From Pseudomonas asuensis (lineage in GTDB: Bacteria > Pseudomonadota > Gammaproteobacteria > Pseudomonadales > Pseudomonadaceae): 32,000 nt of DNA. A program made the translations under genes and the position numbers. Location of the stretch: positions 27,745-59,744 of the forward strand of contig NZ_BMNW01000006.1 in assembly GCF_014646755.1 (NCBI RefSeq). Direction: 5' to 3'. Below the pieces are notes generated by a model. The model was not told the DNA's origin. It made no database searches and saw only the letters and a program-made list of their open reading frames with translations. Shown one piece after another: positions 18,491 to 29,267 of this stretch (its first letter is position 1; every line of letters begins with the position of its first letter).

Positions 18491-18775
18491 CGGGACGGCA
18501 TTGAGTACCGGCTAACTAGGCTCCTCCGCCCCTGGGCCAATGATTAGGTGGAACGCTTGAGCCGCACGATTAAATAGGCCACTAGCAAGGACTTTCACCA
18601 TGCCTCGCTTAAACAATTGCAGAATCATATAAAAGATCATCTCTGGGTCTATAACACCGCTCGCTTCTTGCGCTCATTGAAAGGACAAAGAACGACTGGC
18701 TTTATCCTCCAGCAATGGCAGAATAGGCACAATTCTTTTTAATCGATTCAGACACTTTATCTTCGATAGATAAAA

Positions 18776-19345
18776 TTAAAGCCTGAGCTTCTTTTCGAGA
18801 AGTTGTATTCCTTTAATATTGGATTCTTTTATCTCTCTGGCGACATCGTTAGAAATTGCTACTTCTGAGAGACATTCTTTGCATCTAAATATTGATTTTT
18901 CAGTCTGTAGATCAATTAAAGTAATTTTTGTAAACTTCTTAGGTCCATCTGGGAGAAAATCAATTATTGGTTTGCATATACAGTTGGCCATATCAAAAGC
19001 TTCTTGTATAGATAAATAGTTTACTATGTAAAACCCTTCATGGAATTTGCCTTTATGTCTTATTTTTGTTTCTAAAAGCTGTATAGAATCTTTGGAGAAA
19101 TTTGTAAGTAGCTTGGCGAGCCTTTTGCTTATGACGTCAGGGCCATTACTAAACAGGTAATCATAAGAAGTTAAATTCTTGATTGATGCGTTTGATTTTG
19201 CAGATAGATATATGTCTTTAAAATCATTCGGATTTACGGGATTTCCTATCTTCAAGCTTAGTGAGTCAGGAAAAATGTTTGTGTCATATTCGAGCCAGTA
19301 ATTGTTGGGATATTTTTCATCTATATCAATTAGGTACATCAGCAT
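18776..19345 (-). CDS. candidate cognate immunity protein of the Rhs nuclease tip (Imm11/DUF1629-like pattern)
   Basis: 189-aa AT-rich ORF. Its start overlaps the rhs stop (ACAGGAGGATGCTGATG). The segments [11 protein letters not shown]...IQLLETKI...FYIVNYL...[33 protein letters not shown] resemble the DUF1629 layout as I remember it. Not HMM-verified. Confidence 0.65.
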   Translation of the reverse strand: MLMYLIDIDEKYPNNYWLEYDTNIFPDSLSLKIGNPVNPNDFKDIYLSAKSNASIKNLTSYDYLFSNGPDVISKRLAKLLTNFSKDSIQLLETKIRHKGKFHEGFYIVNYLSIQEAFDMANCICKPIIDFLPDGPKKFTKITLIDLQTEKSIFRCKECLSEVAISNDVAREIKESNIKGIQLLEKKLRL

Positions 19346-22300
19346 CCTCCTGTCCTTATTGAATTTTTGTTTAATAATATTCTTCCAGATCTTAAGCCTT
19401 GCCTATTCTCAATTATAAGCTTCTCTAAGGCTTCACGATACTGACTTGAATTCCAATTCTTAGACTTTCCATAGCTATGTAATGCGTCTAGGTCTGCTCT
19501 AATGTTTTCAGTGTACTTGGGGTGTGATCCTCGATGGACTGTCCTAGTTGCATGATTCTCAACGTATTTTGGTAAGTAAATTATGTTTTTTAAATTATGT
19601 ATATTGAAATTTGCTGCCTTTAAGGCTTCATGTGCTTTAAGTTCTTGGGGGATGATGTGATGTTTTTGAAAACCACTTATACTATTCATAGTGTTATAAG
19701 TGGTAAGGCCTTCTGGATCAACCCAAGACTGGCTATTGACTGCATATTGATATAAATGACTTCCCCCTAACAACCCGATTGGGTCCTGCGTTGTAAACCG
19801 TCCCACAACCGGATCGTAATAACGAAACGTATTGTAATGCAGGCCCGTTTCAGCGTCGTAGTACTGCCCCTGAAACCGCAAGTTCTGCTCAATCTCTCTC
19901 GGGACCAGGGCTTCCAGCACGCCCCATGTTTTGTAATAGGCACGCCATACCATGCGGCCGGTACTGTCCGTGACCTCAAGCGGAGTGCCGATCTGGTCGG
20001 TATGGAAATAGTAGCGCTTAGGCTTTTGATCAGGCTGGCTCGGATCAGTATCTAACCGAGCGAGCGGGGCGTAGCTGCCGGTTTCGTAGATATACAGGCT
20101 GTGTAGATACGCTTTTTGCTCCTGCAGCATGCGCAGGCCTTGCCAGAGGAAGCGGGTCGTTTCGGTTTTATCCTCTGTTAGAACATGCTTGGCAATACGG
20201 CGGCCAAGGCAGTCATATTCGTAGCTGGCTTGGCTGAGCGAGTCATGGCCTCGGTAGGTTTCGGCTTTAACCAGGCGGTTTTCGCAGTCGTAGGTAAAAC
20301 GCTGATAACCATTAGGATTGTGCCGCTCGCTGACGTTACCCCAAGCGTCGTAGGTGAGGCGCAGGTCTTTCCAGGCCTTGAGGCGGTTGTCTGGGCTCAA
20401 GGCTTGGGAGGCGCTCAGGTTGCCGGCAGGGTCGTAGCCGAAGTCCTCATTACCGAGCTGGGGGTGGTGTGGTTCGCGGCTACGCAGTTGGCCAATGGCA
20501 TCGTATTTGTAATCCGTAGCGCCACGGTGCTTATCGATCTGCCGTAGGAGTTCGCCCGCCTTGCTGTATTCATAGCGGCGATGTATGAGCGTGGCGGGAT
20601 GTTCAGGATGACCGAGCAGGCTGTTCTTTTGCGCGTTGAGTTGCGAGAGCTGTTCATGCGGCAACTCAATAGTGGCTTGCCAGCGTTTACGGCCAAAGCT
20701 GTCGTATCCAAAGCGGCTGGTTAGGCTGCCTTGGGTACGCAAGGTCTCCCTGTGTAGGGCGTCACGCTCGAAATCGCTGATCAGCAAGCCGTCGAGGTTT
20801 AGTTGGTGCAGATGACCGCTGCCGTAATACAGATGATTGAGCGTACGACCATCCGGCAGGCTGAGCTGAGTAAGATTACCTAGTGCATCGTAAGTGTAAG
20901 CCAGTGCGCCCAAGGCTGACTGCTCTTCTACCAAGCGGCCTGCCTTGTCGTAGCTGAAGCTAAGAACGTCCGGCCGTATGCCCAGCGTTTTACCGTGCTC
21001 GCTGGGCTGCCGTTCAATGGCTACGACCCGATCCAGCTCGTCATAGGTGTAATCCAGGCGAGCATCCTGGGTCATTTTGCTGAGTAAACGACCTATGGCG
21101 TCGCGCTCAAATTCGCTGGAGCGTGTCTGGCCTAGTCCCGCCTGGTCAGCGGTATGCTCATCCATGCGGATTAGTGCGCCGGATACGTTGTAGTGGAAAC
21201 GACGACGCAGACCGTCTATACGAATTTCTTCTATCAGGCGGTCAGCTGAGTCATAGGCAAAACGATAGGCCGCCCCGTTCTCGTTTACCAAGGCAGCCAG
21301 ACGCAGCGCCTGATCATAGTGGTAACGGACTCGCTGGGCTTTGGCGTCCTTGCGCTCTACGGGTAGGCCGCGAGCATTACGAGTGACGTTTGTTGTACGC
21401 TTATCAGCATCAGTATGGGTAAGTAGCTGCCCAAGCGCATTATAGGTATAGGAATCTATACTGCCGTCAGGATGCTCGACCCGAAGGACTTCGCCGTCGG
21501 GTTTGCGATGCAGTCGGGTGGTTTGGCCGAGTGCGTCGGTTACTGCCGCAAGATGTAAGTGTTCACTGTAGGCATAGTGGGTGTGGTTGCCTGAGCAGTC
21601 CTGATACCGGGTAACTTGGCCAAGGGCGTTCCACCAGTAATAAGTATTGTTGCCTAAGGCATCCGTTACGGTATGGGGTAGGCCATTATCGGCACTAAGA
21701 TAGCGAGTGATTGCGCCAAGCTCATCCGTCTGAGCCAGCAAGCTACCTGCCTCATCGTATTCCCAGCCGAGTGCGCTGCCATCGGGCCTCGTCAGTGAGG
21801 TAAGGAATTCAGTATTGAGATGATAGGTATATACCGTCGAGCGACCGATAGGATCAGTGTCTTTGACTAGTCTTGAAAACCCATCATATTCGAAAGCTAA
21901 TGTATTGCTGTCAGGGAGCGTCACACCCGTTATGTTGCCTGACTCATCTAAGCCAATGTGGTATTGCTCACCGCTAAAGTCTTGGGCAAAAGTGACACGA
22001 CGGTTTTCATCGTAATGAATAATGGCTTTGCGATTTAACGTATCAATAATGTATGTCGTACGAGCTGTCAGATCATAACTGAAGCTGTAGCGCTCACCAT
22101 CACTGGTCCAATGCTCTGCTACTCGCAGGCTGCCGTCTGGGAGTTTGCCCCACCGATAATGACACACCAAACCTAGGGCATTTTCATGCATGACCATGAG
22201 GCCGTGGTCATAGCCAAAGCGTCGACTGGTAGCGCCATTGCGATTAGTGATGCCGACGAGTTGATCCTGCGCATCGTAAGCATAGCGAACAAGGGTTTCT

Positions 22301-23523
22301 ACCGGCTTGCAATCCTCGATACGCTCTACCCGCACCAAGCGATTACCCGCTTCGTTGTAGCAGAGATGGATACGTACCATACTCTTTGAGTGGATATCGG
22401 TCAGCCGACCTTCTCGATACGTAAGCGCCAGGTAATTACCGTGAGCATCCTCGATGCGTTTGAGCGGAGCGGGCGTGCCATCCTCTGGTAGATCGCCAAA
22501 ATAGAGAAATGTACAGTCGAGGGTCTGCAATAGATAATGGCCGCCCTCAGTACAAACGATCGTAAACTGCTCCGCTGGATAAAAGACTCGCTCATTAGGA
22601 TTTAGTAGTTCGAGCGGAATTTCCCGGCCCTGGTTATCGCTTAAAACTAGACGATCCTTCTCGCGCCGTAGGCTTTGCTCCCAGGGCATTACCCAGCCGC
22701 GCCCGAGAATACCCTCACGCTCGATGTCGCTGGCGTAAAAGCGTGCCCAATGGATAGGCAGCAGGCCGGGAAGCGTAAAATCGATCTCACTGTCTTCCAG
22801 CAATAGTTTACGACCATTTACCGCGTCAACCGGATGGCCAAACAGTGCGCCGAAAGCACGCGTCAATACTGGGGCCGCTACTGCTCGTGTAAACGCCTCG
22901 GAAGCGGCAAAGGTGGCTGCAAACTTGAGCGCGCAGGGCATAACGGCTTTCAAGCCATTCTTGGCTGCCATTTTCACAAGGCTGCCTATACCGCCACCGA
23001 GTGCCATCAGAACATCAACCGTGGTACGTAACCATGCCGGTACTTCGTCATCTATAGGCAGATAGGTCTGAGTTTCGGCTCCAACATTTACATTAGGAGA
23101 ACCCGAGTCGATCGTTGCACCACAGGTGAGTTGATCTCCTTTACGGGCAGCGGGAAAACCGTTAATGAAGACTTTGGCTGAACCTTGGGCAATTTGCGGG
23201 GGCTTGCTATGCTTCTCACAGACGCCGGTGTCCGCCTCAACACGCGCAGCCGCTAGACCGTTGATAAAGGTATTGGGCGAGCCGGAAACAATCCCTCCGG
23301 CGGGGGTACTCCTTGATCGTCCGATCGTTTCGCCGAGCGCAGTCAGTGCTGCTCCGCCAAAGCCAGCCAGTACGCCCGCCATCAGGGCAACACCAAAGCC
23401 GCAGGTAGCGGTTGCTACTGCTACTCCTACTACAAGGGCAATACCTATCGCCGCTCCGGCAAGAAAACCGCCTAACGCGCTGGTATGGACGATCTCATCG
23501 TCAATGCGAGCGGCTTCGTACAT
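19339..23523 (-). CDS. rhs: T6SS effector: prePAAR motif, TM region, PAAR, TM region, Rhs/YD-repeat cage and a C-terminal toxin
   Basis: ATG at 23523 with GGAGA upstream gives [14 protein letters not shown], which matches the prePAAR motif AARxxDxxxH. The next elements are a Gly/Ala-rich TM stretch, PAAR motifs (NGLAAAR, NGFPAAR) and a second hydrophobic region. After that come many YD repeats, then [40 protein letters not shown], the DPxGL autoproteolysis signature. A 121-aa tip ends the protein. 1394 aa in total. Confidence 0.95.
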   Translation of the reverse strand: MYEAARIDDEIVHTSALGGFLAGAAIGIALVVGVAVATATCGFGVALMAGVLAGFGGAALTALGETIGRSRSTPAGGIVSGSPNTFINGLAAARVEADTGVCEKHSKPPQIAQGSAKVFINGFPAARKGDQLTCGATIDSGSPNVNVGAETQTYLPIDDEVPAWLRTTVDVLMALGGGIGSLVKMAAKNGLKAVMPCALKFAATFAASEAFTRAVAAPVLTRAFGALFGHPVDAVNGRKLLLEDSEIDFTLPGLLPIHWARFYASDIEREGILGRGWVMPWEQSLRREKDRLVLSDNQGREIPLELLNPNERVFYPAEQFTIVCTEGGHYLLQTLDCTFLYFGDLPEDGTPAPLKRIEDAHGNYLALTYREGRLTDIHSKSMVRIHLCYNEAGNRLVRVERIEDCKPVETLVRYAYDAQDQLVGITNRNGATSRRFGYDHGLMVMHENALGLVCHYRWGKLPDGSLRVAEHWTSDGERYSFSYDLTARTTYIIDTLNRKAIIHYDENRRVTFAQDFSGEQYHIGLDESGNITGVTLPDSNTLAFEYDGFSRLVKDTDPIGRSTVYTYHLNTEFLTSLTRPDGSALGWEYDEAGSLLAQTDELGAITRYLSADNGLPHTVTDALGNNTYYWWNALGQVTRYQDCSGNHTHYAYSEHLHLAAVTDALGQTTRLHRKPDGEVLRVEHPDGSIDSYTYNALGQLLTHTDADKRTTNVTRNARGLPVERKDAKAQRVRYHYDQALRLAALVNENGAAYRFAYDSADRLIEEIRIDGLRRRFHYNVSGALIRMDEHTADQAGLGQTRSSEFERDAIGRLLSKMTQDARLDYTYDELDRVVAIERQPSEHGKTLGIRPDVLSFSYDKAGRLVEEQSALGALAYTYDALGNLTQLSLPDGRTLNHLYYGSGHLHQLNLDGLLISDFERDALHRETLRTQGSLTSRFGYDSFGRKRWQATIELPHEQLSQLNAQKNSLLGHPEHPATLIHRRYEYSKAGELLRQIDKHRGATDYKYDAIGQLRSREPHHPQLGNEDFGYDPAGNLSASQALSPDNRLKAWKDLRLTYDAWGNVSERHNPNGYQRFTYDCENRLVKAETYRGHDSLSQASYEYDCLGRRIAKHVLTEDKTETTRFLWQGLRMLQEQKAYLHSLYIYETGSYAPLARLDTDPSQPDQKPKRYYFHTDQIGTPLEVTDSTGRMVWRAYYKTWGVLEALVPREIEQNLRFQGQYYDAETGLHYNTFRYYDPVVGRFTTQDPIGLLGGSHLYQYAVNSQSWVDPEGLTTYNTMNSISGFQKHHIIPQELKAHEALKAANFNIHNLKNIIYLPKYVENHATRTVHRGSHPKYTENIRADLDALHSYGKSKNWNSSQYREALEKLIIENRQGLRSGRILLNKNSIRTGGC
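19342..19704 (-). other. Rhs C-terminal toxin domain, AHH-type HNH/EndoVII nuclease-like
   Basis: After DPEGL the sequence is [21 protein letters not shown]...NIIYLPK...[17 protein letters not shown]. The HHIIP ... LP ... H.GSH..Y pattern fits the AHH nuclease family. Base composition turns abruptly AT-rich exactly at this junction. Confidence 0.65.
20252..20431 (-). repeat. 180-bp direct repeat, copy in the main rhs gene, identical to 16886-17065
   Basis: See the partner entry. Encodes [59 protein letters not shown]. Confidence 0.9.
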
Positions 23524-23602
23524 TTGACTTCTCCCTGTCACACGGATTGTCTTTCGCCGTGCCAAGCAAACCTGATGATGCTTATTGATTCCGCTTCACG
23601 AG

Positions 23603-24034
23603 TTAACGAGACGGAATAAAATTACTTAAAAGCTCTACCCACAATGCATCCTGTTCTGATGTAAACGGTGCTTGTCCGCTCGCGGTAAAAACAAGAACGC
23701 GCTCGGGTGCCATTGGAAAAGCAGCCTGACGCTGATATACGTCTTTGCCGCTTGCCTTGTACCGAGAATCAATTTGGATACCCTGAATGGGGACGTTCAT
23801 GGATAGCTGCGCCAGCTTTCTGTCCAAAGGTTTGTACTTGGCAAGTTTTGCGGCGATCAGCTCAACCTGTCGGTCAACATAATCATCAAGGGCCTCGTCC
23901 GAGGGTTTGGTATCTCGGGAAACCGTAAGGCTGAACGGAAAGGGGGCCGTGTCTCCCGGAACGAATACATTGATGGTGCGATCCTGAAAGCCAGCAGGCA
24001 GCTTTAAAGTACCTTCGTTGATCTTGTAGCTCAT
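23603..24034 (-). CDS. eagR: DUF1795-family Eag chaperone for the prePAAR effector
   Basis: 143 aa. The N-terminus MSYKINEGTLKLPAGFQDRTINVFVPG matches the EagR/EagT6-type start (..EG.l.lP.g..DrsiNvf). It lies between vgrG and the prePAAR rhs gene, which is the canonical arrangement. Confidence 0.85.
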   Translation of the reverse strand: MSYKINEGTLKLPAGFQDRTINVFVPGDTAPFPFSLTVSRDTKPSDEALDDYVDRQVELIAAKLAKYKPLDRKLAQLSMNVPIQGIQIDSRYKASGKDVYQRQAAFPMAPERVLVFTASGQAPFTSEQDALWVELLSNFIPSR

Positions 24035-24054
24035 GAGATTTCTCGAAATTTGGA

Positions 24055-26019
24055 TTACTGGGAGGCAGAGCCTGATCCATTCGTACCTGATGAAGGATGG
24101 AATACAGCATTGATCTGAGCATCGATTGAGGCCTTCACTCCTTGCCCCTCCGGTGAGGCTCCTGCCTTACCACCCGGCACATTGATGTCGAGAGTGCCGC
24201 CAGTGTTTATCTGGCCTGCGCCGCTGGCGCTGATATTGAATTCAACACAGGAAATATTAACGAGGCCGTTGGCGTACATCTCGAACACGCTTTCGCCACA
24301 AACAAGGCGAATACCTTCACCTGCCTCAATGAGATATGTTGAGCTGACGCTATCCACCTTCGAGCCGCCTACCAGCAGCTGGTCATCCACCTTGACGATA
24401 CGCATGCGGTTCTGACCAATGACTACCGTTTCGTCCTGACCAATGGTTTTGGTTCGGTCAACCCCTACGGAGTGGGTTTCACAATTGCCCACTTCAATGT
24501 CCATGTCGCGCTGACCGTGTACGTAGATCTGCTCTGCACCGGCTTTATCTTCGATTCGCAGTTCATTGAAGCCATTGCCGCCAGGCGTGCTTCTGGTCTT
24601 GAAGACTGTCCGGGTCTTGTTGGCGGGCAGGTTGTAAGGCACCAGGTTTGCGGCGTGATGCAGGCAGCCTGTAATAAGTGGCTGGTCCGGATCGCCTTCC
24701 AGAAAGGTGACCAGTACTTCCATTCCGATTCGGGGAATCGTGACGGCACCATAGCCTTCATGGGCCCAGTTGCTGGCAACACGCAGCCAGCAACTGCTGT
24801 GCTCGTTCATCTGGTCCAATCGATCCCAATGGAATTCCACGCGGACGCGACCGTATTGATCGCAGTAGATTTCTTCTCCAGCGGGGCCGGTGACAATTGC
24901 GGTCTGGCTACCCAGGATTTTTGACTTAGGGTGCTTCAGGGCTGGTCTGAAGATCGTGTCCCAAGGCACTGCCGTAAAGAAGTTGCGATAGCCCTGCTGG
25001 AAGCCATCCTTGTCATCTACATGCGAGGATATGGATTCTTCTAATACTTGGGGTTGTTTGCCTTCGTGTGTCAGCTCGGTGAATAGCCACAAGTCATTCC
25101 ATTCACTGCGTGGGTGCTCGGTCAAGGGCATGAAGTGGCCGGAAACAAGTGTTGGCAGGTCACTCTTACCGCGGGCGATCTGGTAATCCGAGCGATGCCT
25201 TTCCAAAGCGCGCTGGCTTAGCTGCTTGCCACGGGCGCGGTCCATGAAGGCGCCAGGGTAGTCATAATCTTCCAGCTCTGGCACAGCCTCGCCGGTGTGA
25301 GACGCTTCCATGGTGAGTTTGGGCTTTTCAAAGTTGTAGTCCCGGCGGCTCACTTTGGTTGTTCGGGTTTCAACCTGGACTGCAAATTTTCGTATGACCT
25401 GATGGTCCGCAACCAGTCCCGTATCCTGCTGGAAGAGCGCAGGGTTCAGCTTGGGGAAGCAAGTCTGATCATCACCAAAGACCATAATGTGTTCAGTCTG
25501 GGTATGCTCAAAGTGGTAATGAATACCTTCTTCTTCACAAAGCCGATTGATGAAATGCAGATCAGTCTCATCGTACTGAACACAGTATTCACGCTCGGGA
25601 TAGGCTGAGCCCAGCTGAAAGCGAAAGGCATTAGAAAGAATGCCATGTTCTTTCAGAACGGTGGCGATGATATCGGGCACGTTAAGGTGCTGGAAGATAC
25701 GCTGGTTATGCCGATGGCAAAGATAGTGGACACGCGGCACGAGCGTGACACGGTAGCGCGTCATACGCTTGCCGGACTCGCCTTGTTCGGCACTGTGAAT
25801 CAGGCCATTGAACCCCGTACCGGTCTGCTCCAAGGCTAGGAAGGCAGGCTGATTAAGCAGCGATTCAAGGTCAAAGTCAGGCTTTTCGCTGATCAGTTCA
25901 ATATCGAACCGAAAGCCGCTATTCAATCCTTCACGCCCTGCAAATTCCAGCACCTGAAAATCATGGGGAACACCCGGAATCTCAAGTGTGAACTGGGTTT
26001 CATTGGCTGGGGAGAACAT
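24055..26019 (-). CDS. vgrG: T6SS spike protein VgrG
   Basis: ATG at 26019 with GAGGAACGAGG upstream gives MFSPANETQFTLEIPGVPHDFQVLEFAGREGLNSGFRFDIELISE, a typical VgrG N-terminus. gp27/gp5-like core, 654 aa. The ORF-track extension to 26112 is rejected. Confidence 0.93.
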   Translation of the reverse strand: MFSPANETQFTLEIPGVPHDFQVLEFAGREGLNSGFRFDIELISEKPDFDLESLLNQPAFLALEQTGTGFNGLIHSAEQGESGKRMTRYRVTLVPRVHYLCHRHNQRIFQHLNVPDIIATVLKEHGILSNAFRFQLGSAYPEREYCVQYDETDLHFINRLCEEEGIHYHFEHTQTEHIMVFGDDQTCFPKLNPALFQQDTGLVADHQVIRKFAVQVETRTTKVSRRDYNFEKPKLTMEASHTGEAVPELEDYDYPGAFMDRARGKQLSQRALERHRSDYQIARGKSDLPTLVSGHFMPLTEHPRSEWNDLWLFTELTHEGKQPQVLEESISSHVDDKDGFQQGYRNFFTAVPWDTIFRPALKHPKSKILGSQTAIVTGPAGEEIYCDQYGRVRVEFHWDRLDQMNEHSSCWLRVASNWAHEGYGAVTIPRIGMEVLVTFLEGDPDQPLITGCLHHAANLVPYNLPANKTRTVFKTRSTPGGNGFNELRIEDKAGAEQIYVHGQRDMDIEVGNCETHSVGVDRTKTIGQDETVVIGQNRMRIVKVDDQLLVGGSKVDSVSSTYLIEAGEGIRLVCGESVFEMYANGLVNISCVEFNISASGAGQINTGGTLDINVPGGKAGASPEGQGVKASIDAQINAVFHPSSGTNGSGSASQ

Positions 26020-26418
26020 CCTCGTTCCTCTGCTTCCTGCTCGGTATACAAGGCATGTCCAGGCGGGCAGCGTGTCGCTTTTCTGGAGATGCGTAAGTGG
26101 CTCCCCATACACGGTATAGGCGGTGGGGATTTACCGGCAGGCTAAACGAAAGACGCTGGCAGAATCTTGCGCAGTAGGTATGAGAACGGTAGGCGTTGTT
26201 TAAAAATACGAACCAGTTCTTATAGGTTTCTAGTTAAGGCTTAAGCTGCCTTGGTGTTGCGCTTGTGGAAGGATCTAAGCCAAGCAAGACAGGCCCTGAA
26301 AAGTCTGATAGTTATGCTGATTAAGTTTCATCGATAGGAGGCATAAGCTGTCACCGGCAAGTACGTTTCTTGTTCTTCACGCGCATCCTTGCGCAGCGAC
26401 TTTATCAGGAGCCTTACA

Positions 26419-27507
26419 ATGGAAATAATGGCCGCAGTTACTCATTCCAAAGGACAGCCCTTTAGCCTAGAGAAGGTTACCCTGTCTGATCCGACTGCTA
26501 ACGAAGTGTTGATTCGGATTGTTGCGACAGGTGTTTGCCATACTGATGCCGTTGCCCGTGACTTAGGGCTTTCGCCCTATCCCGTAGTGCTTGGTCATGA
26601 GGGCGCAGGCATTGTCGAGCAGGTAGGCTGTAATGTTAGTGATCTGGAGATAGGCGATCATGTGGTCCTGTCGTTTGCGCACTGCGGTAAATGCGAAAAT
26701 TGCCTGACCGGGCATCCTACGGTGTGCAGGGTCTTTAACGATCTCAATTTTGGCGGCCGCATGGAGGACCATACCTGTCGGCTTCGCCAGGGAGATACCG
26801 AACTCTCTTCCTTTTTTGGTCAATCATCCTTTGGCACCTACGTGATTGCCAGCGCACGTAATGTCGTCAAGGTTGATAAGGAAGTGGACCTAGCGTTATT
26901 AGGGCCGCTGGGTTGCGGTATTCAGACGGGGAGCGGAACGGTATTTAACCGCCTTCGCCCGGGGTTTGGGGACAGCCTTGCCGTTTACGGCTGTGGTGCT
27001 GTGGGATTGAGCGCGATCATGGCAGCAAAGATTGCAGGGTGTGCTCAGATTTTTGCGGTCGATGTGCATGATAGCCGTCTTCAGCTAGCCAAGGAGCTTG
27101 GTGCTACGCATGTGTTCAACGGTAGTCAGGTTGATGTAGTCAGGGAAATCAAGGCTGCCTCTTTGGGCGGTACGCACCACGCGGTTGAAACTACAGGGGT
27201 TCCGCCGGTTGTTCGCCAATGCCTGCAGGCGCTGCGGCCATTAGGGCAAGCGGCGATTGTAGGCGTAACCCCCGAAATGACCATTGATGTTCATAACGAG
27301 ATCATGGCGGAAGGAAAGACCATGATGGGTGTGATTGAAGGTGATGCCGTGCCACGCCTCTTTATTCCCAAGCTGATCGAGTACTACAAGGCAGGGCGCT
27401 TTCCGTTCGACAAGCTTGTCAGGTTTTATGATTTCAAGGACATCAATCAGGGATTTGAAGATTCCAAGCAGGGAATCACCGTTAAAGCCGTCCTGAAATG
27501 GAGTTAA
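26419..27507 (+). CDS. zinc-dependent alcohol dehydrogenase (aryl/benzyl-alcohol dehydrogenase-like)
   Basis: GVCHTD, GHEGAG and the structural-zinc Cys cluster CGKCENCLTGHPTVC. ATG at 26419 has CAGGAG 7 nt upstream. The ORF-track start at 26389 is a TTG. Confidence 0.9.
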   Translation: MEIMAAVTHSKGQPFSLEKVTLSDPTANEVLIRIVATGVCHTDAVARDLGLSPYPVVLGHEGAGIVEQVGCNVSDLEIGDHVVLSFAHCGKCENCLTGHPTVCRVFNDLNFGGRMEDHTCRLRQGDTELSSFFGQSSFGTYVIASARNVVKVDKEVDLALLGPLGCGIQTGSGTVFNRLRPGFGDSLAVYGCGAVGLSAIMAAKIAGCAQIFAVDVHDSRLQLAKELGATHVFNGSQVDVVREIKAASLGGTHHAVETTGVPPVVRQCLQALRPLGQAAIVGVTPEMTIDVHNEIMAEGKTMMGVIEGDAVPRLFIPKLIEYYKAGRFPFDKLVRFYDFKDINQGFEDSKQGITVKAVLKWS

Positions 27508-27613
27508 TGCTCGGCCAGTTACATTGCTAACGCCTAGCTTGGTTGGCCTGTTGCAGTTGAACTTTCAGATGAGCAGGCAGAGGCTAAGCGTGGGATAAAG
27601 GACGCTGGGCTGT

Positions 27614-29023
27614 TCAGAACGTATCGATCATGCGGCCCAGCGTTCCCATGGCCTTCTCGCTCTCAGGCGTCCAGGGATGGCCATAATTCAGCCTTGCACA
27701 GTTTCCAAAGCGTTGGCTGGCCGAGAAGATAGGGCCGGGAGCAAGGCTGATACCCTGAGCGATGGCCATACGGAGCAACTGAAGCGTATCGACACGCTCT
27801 GGAAATTCAAACCATAGAAAATAGCCGCCAGTTGGGCGGGTTACACGGGTTTCGCTCGGAAAGTGCCGTGCTGCTGAGTCCAGCATGGCGCTCTGCTGGG
27901 TTTCCAATGCATGGCGCAATTTTCGTAGGTGTCGGTCATAGCCACCATGTTGCAGATAGTCTGCAATGGCCGCTACAGCAGGAACCGAAGGAGAAATGGT
28001 CGTCATGAGCTTGAGGCGATCGATGGCCTCGGTGAAGCGTCCGCCAGCAACCCAGCCCACTCGATAACCCGGCGCCAGACATTTTGAAAACGAACCGCAA
28101 TGCATGACCAGCCCATCATCATCAAAGCTTTTCACGGCTCGTAACGGTTGGTTGGAGAAATTCAACTCGGCATAGACATCGTCTTCAATCAATGGAACCT
28201 GATGCTGCTTCAAGAGTGTGTACAGCGCCTGCTTCTTCTCGAAACTCATGCTGGCACCCAAAGGATTTTGCAGGCTGCTCATGAGCCAGCAAACTTTGAT
28301 AGGAAGATGAGAGAGACTGTGCTCCAGCACATCAAGATCAACACCTTCCCGTGGATGAACGGGGATCTCGACGGCCTTCAATTTTAAACGCTCCAATACC
28401 TGAAGCGTCGCATAGAAAGCAGGTGCCTCTATTGCAACCAGGTCGCCGGGGCTCGTTGTACTTTGCAGGCATAGGTTCAAGGCTTCCATCGCCCCGTTGG
28501 TAATAACCAACTCCTCAAGCGGGAGACGGGTACCGTTGACCCTATAACGAAGGGCTATTTGACGGCGCAACTCATTGCTGCCTGCCGTCATGTCTGCAAT
28601 AGCGGCCTGGGTTGAAAGGTGTCTTAATGCGTGGGTCATGCTGCGGGCAAGGCGAGGAAGCGGAAACAACTGTGGACTGGGAAAGGCAGACCCAAATGGA
28701 GTGGTCGCAGGGTCCTTGATAGAGTTCAGGATGGAGAAGACCAGTTCGCTGACATCCACCTCAGTGGTTTCAGCCTTGTGACCAGTAATTTCAGGCTCAT
28801 GCAGCGGGCGCTTGGCGTGCTCACGTACGTAATAGCCTGAGCGGGCGCGGGCAATGATCAGCCCTTTATCTTCCAGCAGGTAATAGGCCTGGAATACGGT
28901 CGAAGGGCTGACCGCGTAGGTACGACTGGCATGACGTACCGATGGGACTTTTTCACCCGCCTTAAGTACACCGGTTCGAATCAGGTTCGCAATTTCATCA
29001 GCAAGTCGCTCGTAACGTTTCAT
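27614..29023 (-). CDS. MocR-subfamily GntR regulator (HTH fused to an aminotransferase-like PLP domain)
   Basis: N-terminal GntR HTH (KRYERLADEIANLIRTGVLKAGEKVPSVRHASRTYAVSPSTVFQAYYLLEDKGLI). The C-terminal fold-type I domain carries SFSKCLAPGYRVGW. 469 aa. Confidence 0.9.
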   Translation of the reverse strand: MKRYERLADEIANLIRTGVLKAGEKVPSVRHASRTYAVSPSTVFQAYYLLEDKGLIIARARSGYYVREHAKRPLHEPEITGHKAETTEVDVSELVFSILNSIKDPATTPFGSAFPSPQLFPLPRLARSMTHALRHLSTQAAIADMTAGSNELRRQIALRYRVNGTRLPLEELVITNGAMEALNLCLQSTTSPGDLVAIEAPAFYATLQVLERLKLKAVEIPVHPREGVDLDVLEHSLSHLPIKVCWLMSSLQNPLGASMSFEKKQALYTLLKQHQVPLIEDDVYAELNFSNQPLRAVKSFDDDGLVMHCGSFSKCLAPGYRVGWVAGGRFTEAIDRLKLMTTISPSVPAVAAIADYLQHGGYDRHLRKLRHALETQQSAMLDSAARHFPSETRVTRPTGGYFLWFEFPERVDTLQLLRMAIAQGISLAPGPIFSASQRFGNCARLNYGHPWTPESEKAMGTLGRMIDTF

Positions 29024-29144
29024 GCTTTTCGCTGCAGCGCTGGTGGTTGATACCTATACCGTATTGGTGTCTCTACGAGCGCTTACGACTTAAAACAGAA
29101 GATTGAAAGCGGTTGCGTCGAGACACTGATGGTCTTTCTATGCA

Positions 29145-29267
29145 TTAGCGGTCGTTCTTCTGCACGTCCTTTCTATCCTTGTTTAGCTGTACGCCAGCGT
29201 AAAACCCCCATCCCAGTAGAACGAAGGCCAGAAAGCCAAACAGTGACATAAAGAATACGTCGCTCAT
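29145..29267 (-). CDS. possible small membrane protein (40 aa)
   Basis: MSDVFFMSLFGFLAFVLLGWGFYAGVQLNKDRKDVQKNDR has one TM helix and a basic tail, with AGAGG upstream of the ATG at 29267. The upstream part of the 71-aa track ORF looks non-coding. Confidence 0.35.
   Translation of the reverse strand: MSDVFFMSLFGFLAFVLLGWGFYAGVQLNKDRKDVQKNDR

Noticed and set aside
18491-18775. Spacer between the main immunity gene and orphan 2, considered as a possible extra small gene or toxin remnant.
   Set aside because: All three minus-strand frames have stops within short distances. I recognise no motif. There is only weak, fading similarity to the rhs core at its 18491-18510 edge.
26157-26170. sigma54-like TGGCA-N5-TTGC upstream of the alcohol dehydrogenase gene.
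   Set aside because: The GG to GC spacing is 9 nt rather than 10. It lies ~250 bp from the ATG and points away from vgrG.
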